A stretch of DNA of 64,000 bases from an uncultured Bacilli bacterium (GTDB lineage Bacteria; Bacillota_I; Bacilli_A; RF39; UBA660). Location of the stretch: assembly GCA_934100165.1 (NCBI GenBank), contig CAKOPN010000006.1, forward strand, positions 52,837-116,836, read 5' to 3'. Shown in pieces: positions 58,020 to 64,000 of the stretch. Positions within the stretch are counted from its first letter, which is position 1. The number at the start of each line of letters is the position of its first letter. Position numbers and translations under genes: made by a program. The notes beneath the pieces are model-generated. The model was not told where the DNA came from. It saw only the letters and a program-made list of their open reading frames with translations, and did not search any database.

Positions 58020-59114
58020 ATGATTAAAATGAAAAAGACAGAAGCCAAAAAAAATATTGCAATTTTTGTTGATAATTTTAAAGTAGGTGGAATTCAAAAA
58101 TCTTTGATAAATTTGCTAAATAATAATGATTATGATAAATGGAATATTGATGTTTATGTAGCAGATTGTAACGACAACTTTTTTAATATAAATAAAAATG
58201 CTAACATAATAAAATTTAACAAAGTTTCTCCAGCCTTGAAATTTGTTCCATTCAATATTGTATATAAAATATATCACCCAAACATTTTAAATAAGGAATA
58301 TGATTTAGCAATTGATTTTGATAGCTATCAAATGCATACCGCTATAGGGGCACTTAAATGTAATAGTAAAAGAAAGGCAATTTGGATTCATAATGATATA
58401 CCAATAAAATTAAGAGAAGAATATAAATATAGAATTCTATATTTCTTTTTTAAGAGAAAGTATGATTACTTTGATACATATTGTGCAGTTTCTCAAGGAG
58501 CACTAGATTCATTTAAAAGAATTAACAAAGAAAAAAATGCTAATAAAGAATATCTAGTTATACCAAATTATATTGATACAAAAGAAATCGCTGATAAACT
58601 TAAGGAGAACTGTGATATAAAAGTTGAAAAAGAAAAAGTAAATATTGTAACTGTTGGAAGATTATGTCATCAAAAAGGTATTGATATTATGCTTGACAAT
58701 ATAAAACAACTTAGCTTAGAAAGAAAAGATTTTCATTTATATATTATTGGGGATGGAGACGAAAAAGAAAAACTTATTGAAAGAGCAAAAAAATTAGACT
58801 TAGAAAATTATGTTACTTTCTTAGGTAATCAAAAAAATCCTTTTAAGTATTTGAAAGAAATGGACTTATTTTATCTTTCTAGTAGATACGAAGGTCAGGG
58901 AATGGTTATATTGGAAGCCAAAAGCGTTGGACTTGATGTATTGATACCTAAACATTTAGAAAAATATTGTCCACCAATTAAGGGTGTAGATGATATATTA
59001 CTATATTTAAAAAATTACGAAAAGAATAATAAAAACAAAAAGTTTGATGATTTAAAAGATTATAATAATAGTATTAGAGAAAAGTTAGATAATTTATTTG
59101 ATGGCGTTAAATAA
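58020..59114 (+). CDS. Glycosyltransferase family 4 (GT-B)
   Basis: VGRLCHQKG...GDG..K........L.....V.F.G........Y.....F.LSSRYEGQGMVILEA.SVGL (E-x7-E region). Confidence 0.85.
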   Translation: MIKMKKTEAKKNIAIFVDNFKVGGIQKSLINLLNNNDYDKWNIDVYVADCNDNFFNINKNANIIKFNKVSPALKFVPFNIVYKIYHPNILNKEYDLAIDFDSYQMHTAIGALKCNSKRKAIWIHNDIPIKLREEYKYRILYFFFKRKYDYFDTYCAVSQGALDSFKRINKEKNANKEYLVIPNYIDTKEIADKLKENCDIKVEKEKVNIVTVGRLCHQKGIDIMLDNIKQLSLERKDFHLYIIGDGDEKEKLIERAKKLDLENYVTFLGNQKNPFKYLKEMDLFYLSSRYEGQGMVILEAKSVGLDVLIPKHLEKYCPPIKGVDDILLYLKNYEKNNKNKKFDDLKDYNNSIREKLDNLFDGVK

Positions 59115-59173
59115 AGAAAAATTCAAACCATTAGTCTCAGCTTTACTTTGCTACATCAGTAAAGCTCTATAGT

Positions 59174-59202
59174 TTGACAATTACTTGGGAAAATATTATA
59201 CT
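59174..59202 (+). promoter_or_regulatory. Near-consensus sigma-A promoter for the plus-strand FemAB gene
   Basis: TTGACA (59174-59179), a 17-nt spacer, then TATACT (59197-59202). It is preceded by a 9-bp-stem hairpin AGCTTTACT/AGTAAAGCT (59139-59166). Confidence 0.7.
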
Positions 59203-59226
59203 TTTGTTGTTAAAGGTAATGATAAT

Positions 59227-60525
59227 ATGAAATTTATTGAAAATGTTGAAAAGAATAGATATGAAAAATTTGTAAAGAATCATAAAAAATCACATTTCTT
59301 ACAAAGTTATGCTTGGGGTGAATTTGCTAAAAAAAGTAAAAATTTAACTCCATATTATGTTGGAATGGAAGATAAGAAGAAAAATTTAGTAGCAACTGCC
59401 CTTTTACTTGAAAAGAAATTACCGCTAGGATATTCTTATTTTTATTCTCCACGTGGATTTGTAATTGATTTTTTTGATAAAGAATTAGTAACTGAATTTG
59501 TAGAATATGTTAAATCGTTTGTAAAAAAGAAAAAAGGTATTTTCTTAAAAATAGACCCAGATGTCATAATTAACGAAGAAAATTGTTTAGGGGAAGAAGT
59601 TGAGCTTAATTATAATCCCAAAGATGTTTTTTCTATATTAAAAGGATGTGGATTTAAGCATCTTGGCTTTACTAAAAATTTTGAAACTATGCAACCTAGA
59701 TACACTTTTAGAATAGATATGAATAGACCATTTGAGGAAATAGAAAAGAACTTTTCAAAAACAACAAAACAAAGGATTAGCAAAGCTGAATCTTTAAATA
59801 CAAAAGTACGACTTGGTACAATTGATGATGTTTTAGAGTTTAGTCACCTTATGGATTTAACAGAAAATAGAAAAGACTTTGTTTCTCATAACTATGAATA
59901 TTATAAGTCTTTGTATGAAATATATAATCAAGATAATAAAATGGATTTATTTATTGGATCTATTAACGTAAAAGATGTTGTCAATACATATGAAAAAGAA
60001 AAAGAAGAGATTTTAAAAGCTCTTGAAGAGTTCAATACTGATTCACTAAGTAAGAGTGCTAAAACAAAGAAAAATGAGTTAGAAAAAAGATTAAATAAAC
60101 TAAATCAATATATTGGAGAATATAATGATGCCTTAAACAAATATCAAGAAGAAATAATATTAAATGGTCATGTAATTATGGAGTATGGAGATAAAGCTTG
60201 GGTGTTATATGCAGGAAATCACAACATATTAACTGATAGCTATGCAAATTACAAAACTTACTATGAACATATTAAATATTGTTATGAACATGGCATTAAA
60301 ATGTATGATCAATTTGGGACCATTGGTGATTTATCTAAAGATAACCCTAGACTTGGCTTACATGAGTTTAAGAAAAAGTTTGGTGGAGATTATGTTGAAT
60401 TTACTGGTGAATTTGATTTAGTCACTAATAAACTTATGTACTTTGTGTTTACTAAACTAGTTCCTATATATAGAAGCATTATTAAAAAACGTGCAAAAAA
60501 AGAAAAAAAGAAAATTACAGAATAA
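59227..60525 (+). CDS. FemAB-family peptidoglycan interpeptide-bridge aminoacyltransferase
   Basis: HFLQSYAWGEF, YSPRGFVIDF, a coiled-coil insert, and KFGG C-terminal motifs. ATG at 59227; the track start is a TTG inside the promoter. Confidence 0.85.
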   Translation: MKFIENVEKNRYEKFVKNHKKSHFLQSYAWGEFAKKSKNLTPYYVGMEDKKKNLVATALLLEKKLPLGYSYFYSPRGFVIDFFDKELVTEFVEYVKSFVKKKKGIFLKIDPDVIINEENCLGEEVELNYNPKDVFSILKGCGFKHLGFTKNFETMQPRYTFRIDMNRPFEEIEKNFSKTTKQRISKAESLNTKVRLGTIDDVLEFSHLMDLTENRKDFVSHNYEYYKSLYEIYNQDNKMDLFIGSINVKDVVNTYEKEKEEILKALEEFNTDSLSKSAKTKKNELEKRLNKLNQYIGEYNDALNKYQEEIILNGHVIMEYGDKAWVLYAGNHNILTDSYANYKTYYEHIKYCYEHGIKMYDQFGTIGDLSKDNPRLGLHEFKKKFGGDYVEFTGEFDLVTNKLMYFVFTKLVPIYRSIIKKRAKKEKKKITE

Positions 60526-60531
60526 ATAAAA

Positions 60532-60559
60532 AATCAAGGAAATTATTTCTTCCTTGATT
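60532..60559. terminator. Bidirectional terminator between the convergent FemAB genes
   Basis: 10-bp stem AATCAAGGAA/TTCCTTGATT flanked by an A-run and a T-run. It overlaps the stop of the minus-strand gene. Confidence 0.7.
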
Positions 60560-61808
60560 TTATTTTATGTTTTATAGTACGCATTACGTTATAAAAATCA
60601 TAAAAGTTAGTTATCTTTAAAGAGAACTGTCCAATTAACTCTACAACGTTGCCATTGAATCCCTTTTTAAATTCATATATACCATAATATTTTCCATTTT
60701 TATTAAAATCTCCAGTTATTCCATAAAAGTCTACATATTTATATCCCATTTCATAAGCATCTTTTATATGGCAATCATAAAGTGCATACTTTGGAGTAAA
60801 ACTTTTATACTCTTCTAAAACTCCACTTGATAATGTCAAATATTCATGACCAGACTTCATCGATAGTAAAACTCCAATATCTTTACCTTTTGGATTTTCT
60901 TTTTTAAACTTTTTAGCTTTTTCAAGTTCTTCTTTATATTTCTCAATTTGTTTCAAAGCAAGTTCCCTTTGCTGTTTTATCTTTGTACCAACACAACTTG
61001 TCTTAGCTTTATTTTCTATTTCTTCAGCATTTTTTAAGGCTTCATTTAACAATTCCTCTGTGTGGCTTAAATATATATCTGGATCTAAGTATGCTATATA
61101 AATTGTCATCAGATCTTTCATATGTTTATACATTTTTTGATAATAAGCAAGACTTCTAGAAAAGAAATCCTTTCTTTGAGCAGTAGAAGTGAATATTTCT
61201 TCCATTGTTGGCAAATCTTCTATTTTTCCACGTCTTACTGACAATCCTTTTTTGTAACAAGCTTCGATATTTTTCCTAGTACTTTTCGAAAAATTCTTTT
61301 TAATCTCTTCATATGGTTTATCTAAGCTTAAAAAATATTCCCAACGAACTTGAAGAGCCTCAAGATACGTATTGAATCCAAAATGTTTATATCCAAGTTT
61401 TTTTAAATTATCAACAGCCTCATCATTAGGTGAATCATTTTCCATAAGTTCACCTTCACTAGTTCTCATTCTATAAATTACATTTGGGTCAATAGTTAAC
61501 ATAAAACCTTTTTTCTCTTTTATGAACTTCTTAATTTCATTTGTAAAAAATTCTAATAGCTTTATATTTTTATAATCAATTAAGAATCCTCTTGGTGCAT
61601 AAAATGTTTTTTTGTTAAGTACACTTTTTTCTTCTAATAAAAGAGTCGCTGCAACAATTTTTTTACCATCTAAAACTCCTAAATAGTAAACTTTGTCACC
61701 AAGTTCCTCTTTCAAATGCCCAAGTTCTACCGTTTGCATAAAGCTTTCATTTTCGTGTGTTTCAGAAAAGTTTTTAAATTCACTTTCTGTCAAGACTTTA
61801 AATTTCAT
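60543..61808 (-). CDS. FemAB-family peptidoglycan interpeptide-bridge aminoacyltransferase (second paralogue)
   Basis: SFMQTVELG, YAPRGFLIDY, coiled-coil insert, FKKGFNG. Confidence 0.85.
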   Translation of the reverse strand: MKFKVLTESEFKNFSETHENESFMQTVELGHLKEELGDKVYYLGVLDGKKIVAATLLLEEKSVLNKKTFYAPRGFLIDYKNIKLLEFFTNEIKKFIKEKKGFMLTIDPNVIYRMRTSEGELMENDSPNDEAVDNLKKLGYKHFGFNTYLEALQVRWEYFLSLDKPYEEIKKNFSKSTRKNIEACYKKGLSVRRGKIEDLPTMEEIFTSTAQRKDFFSRSLAYYQKMYKHMKDLMTIYIAYLDPDIYLSHTEELLNEALKNAEEIENKAKTSCVGTKIKQQRELALKQIEKYKEELEKAKKFKKENPKGKDIGVLLSMKSGHEYLTLSSGVLEEYKSFTPKYALYDCHIKDAYEMGYKYVDFYGITGDFNKNGKYYGIYEFKKGFNGNVVELIGQFSLKITNFYDFYNVMRTIKHKIKSRKK

Positions 61809-61809
61809 T

Positions 61810-63459
61810 TTATGCCTCTTTTCTTTTTCTACATAATTTATTTTTTATCTTTTCAAGAATACTCTTTCCAAAAACTTTTTCTAGTGTTTTTGTCTTGTAC
61901 ATATAGAATAGATATACTGAACCACCTACTAATGCATATAAACCTGCTATTAGTATTGATAAGATTCTGCTATTAACCTTTAAAGGAATGAATACTTCTA
62001 ATAAAAACATTGATAATAACATTAGTGCAACGCCTACTACTATGTGCTTAAACTGACTGTATACATCTTTATAACTTATATTAAATTTTCTCTTTATGTG
62101 TACTGTAGCTATAATAGCTGATGTTACAAATCCTAATATTGTAGCAGTTATAGCACCATAAAATGGATAAATACCAAGATTATTTGCTAAATACATAAAT
62201 GGAATATTAAGTGTACCCTTAAGTAGTAATCCTACAATTAAAGTAACAAATACCATTTTATACTCTTTTAATAATTGTAAAGTTGTTGTGCTAGCAGTAA
62301 ATAATGTTGTTGCAAATGCTACAAATACTAAATATCTATATGTTATTGGTCCATAGACTGATGCACCATAAAATGCCTTCCATACTGGAGTAGTTAAAAA
62401 GCTTAGTCCAATTGTCATTGGTAATGATATACAAAGAATAACTTCCAGTGTTTGATTTATCTTTCTTTCAACATCTTTCATATCTTTTTTGACAAAGCTA
62501 TCCGTTAGGTTTGGTATCAAACTTGTCATCATTCCTGATACAATTGATATTATAATCATATTTAATTTTAGTCCCCAAGTTGATATAACACTCATAACAG
62601 TTTCTGCATCTTTTGTAGCATATCCAAAATCATTAACAAGTGCTTTTACTAAAGTTATTACATCTACTGAGTTATAAATTGATCTAAACAAATCGATCAT
62701 TACGAATGGAACTGCATATACTATTAGTTTTTTTAGTATTTCTTTAGTAGTTATTTTTGGTTCTTTAACTTTACTTTTTAGTATCAACTGTTCTTTGTTT
62801 TTCTTTATTTTCATGTATATATAAAAGTATGAGCATAATGCCCCAATAGTAGCTGCAAAAACAGCACAACCTACAGCACTTCTAAGTGGTAAGTTAAATA
62901 CTTTTAACATTAAATAACTTCCTACAACTATTATTACAACTCTTACTAATTGCTCTATAACTTGACTTATTGGGGTTGGTGTAATAAATTTATGCCCCTG
63001 AAGGTATCCTCTTGATACACTTAATACAGGTACAACAAGTATTGCTGTTGATATTATTCTTATTACGAAAACTATGTCCTCTGGTGTATTACCATCAGTA
63101 ACTCCTCCAATTATCAAATCTGCTATTTGAGGAGCAAAAATAAAGAGAACTAAAAAACAAACTAATCCTAAAATATTTAAAAATCTTTTCCCTATCTTAT
63201 ATGCTTTTTCTTTTGTTTCATAGTATCCTAACGCATTATATTCACTTATTATTTTGCTCATAGCAAGCGGAAGCCCGGCTTGTGATATTCCTAAGAATAT
63301 CGAATAAATGTTATAGGCATATCCATATAAGGCACCACCTTGATCTCCTATAATAGCATAAAAAGGAATTACATATATAATTCCTAATATTTTACTTATT
63401 ACTATCCCTAAAGTAGCAATGAATGCTCCCTGGATAAATGTATTTTTTTTAAGTTTCAT
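61810..63459 (-). CDS. MOP-superfamily flippase (MurJ/SpoVB-like polysaccharide biosynthesis protein)
   Basis: 549 aa, about 14 TM, N-terminal FIQGAFIATLGIVISKILGIIYVIPF pattern typical of the Polysacc_synt/MurJ family. Confidence 0.8.
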   Translation of the reverse strand: MKLKKNTFIQGAFIATLGIVISKILGIIYVIPFYAIIGDQGGALYGYAYNIYSIFLGISQAGLPLAMSKIISEYNALGYYETKEKAYKIGKRFLNILGLVCFLVLFIFAPQIADLIIGGVTDGNTPEDIVFVIRIISTAILVVPVLSVSRGYLQGHKFITPTPISQVIEQLVRVVIIVVGSYLMLKVFNLPLRSAVGCAVFAATIGALCSYFYIYMKIKKNKEQLILKSKVKEPKITTKEILKKLIVYAVPFVMIDLFRSIYNSVDVITLVKALVNDFGYATKDAETVMSVISTWGLKLNMIIISIVSGMMTSLIPNLTDSFVKKDMKDVERKINQTLEVILCISLPMTIGLSFLTTPVWKAFYGASVYGPITYRYLVFVAFATTLFTASTTTLQLLKEYKMVFVTLIVGLLLKGTLNIPFMYLANNLGIYPFYGAITATILGFVTSAIIATVHIKRKFNISYKDVYSQFKHIVVGVALMLLSMFLLEVFIPLKVNSRILSILIAGLYALVGGSVYLFYMYKTKTLEKVFGKSILEKIKNKLCRKRKEA

Positions 63460-63508
63460 TGTTTCACATCTTTTCTATGGTATATTTGTTTCTACTTATA
63501 TAGTATAA

Positions 63509-64000
63509 CTATTCGGCATTTTCTGTCAATGTTACTTTAGTAGTCATTTCTTTTGTACCACGAATATATGTCATTTCAATAGTGTCTCCAACTTTATATT
63601 TATATAATAAATATTTTAAATAAGCCATATTTGTAACTTTATCATCATTTACTTTAATTATTACATCGCCTTTTTGTAATCCTGCTTTATCTGCAGCTGA
63701 TCCATCTACTACAGAAACGATTGCTATTCCATATGTTATATCACTATCAATTGAAACTCCATAACGTCTTAATGTTGATGTATCAGTAGCATTGACATGA
63801 CTTATACCTAAAAGTGGTCTTTCTATTTTGTTCCCTTTTTCTAATTCATCAACGTGTTTCATAGCATCTTCAATTTTTATAGCAAAGCCCATTCCTTCAA
63901 TGCTTGAGTTAACAAGCTTTAATGATGTTACCCCTATTACCTCACCATTGAAATTTACCAATGGTCCACCACTGTTACCAGGATTTATTGCTGCATCAAT
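63509..64000 (-). CDS. HtrA/DegP-family serine protease with PDZ domain, partial (5' end outside the window)
   Basis: The reverse translation at the window edge gives [24 protein letters not shown] (catalytic Ser motif), followed by a PDZ domain ([16 protein letters not shown]). Confidence 0.88.
   Translation of the reverse strand: MDAAINPGNSGGPLVNFNGEVIGVTSLKLVNSSIEGMGFAIKIEDAMKHVDELEKGNKIERPLLGISHVNATDTSTLRRYGVSIDSDITYGIAIVSVVDGSAADKAGLQKGDVIIKVNDDKVTNMAYLKYLLYKYKVGDTIEMTYIRGTKEMTTKVTLTENAE

Overview
This is a low-GC, Bacillota-type chromosomal segment using the standard genetic code: TGA serves as a stop codon and a tRNA-Trp(CCA) is present. Almost all genes up to about 54.5 kb lie on the minus strand.

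Gene content in order:
- A partial surface protein and an OmpR/HisKA two-component pair.
- rpsI-rplM-truA, preceded by a motif-degenerate ECF-transporter-like trio.
- The complete S10-spc-alpha ribosomal superoperon, rpsJ to rplQ (23388 down to 9360). It includes secY, adk, map, infA and an rpmJ that the ORF track missed.
- A PP2C phosphatase, dxs, a frameshifted HD gene, an LtaS-like synthase and PrsW.
- Rubrerythrin and a Fur-family regulator with a perfect Fur box.
- ttcA, hsp20, and metK behind a SAM-I riboswitch.
- tRNA-Trp and several surface proteins.
- asnA behind a T-box, a ZIP transporter, and a cell-wall cluster (deacetylase, GT4, two FemAB paralogues, a MurJ-like flippase, partial HtrA).

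The main result is a 12,755-bp AT-rich integrative element at 39218..51972.
- It carries a large serine recombinase and a TnpV-like gene.
- It has 17-bp terminal inverted repeats and 9-bp flanking direct repeats.
- It splits an Amidase_3/5xLysM autolysin gene, and precise excision would restore that reading frame.
- Its cargo looks like a defence island. One unit is a tightly coupled pair: an ABC-type ATPase-TOPRIM (OLD-like) protein plus an Mrr-nuclease/STAND-NTPase fusion. A second unit is an HTH-Fic / small HEPN / ApeA-like HEPN operon. It also carries a DUF3800-like gene, a dcm/ASCH remnant, a polytopic membrane protein and a candidate structured RNA.

All family calls come from motif recognition by eye. 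No database searches were run.
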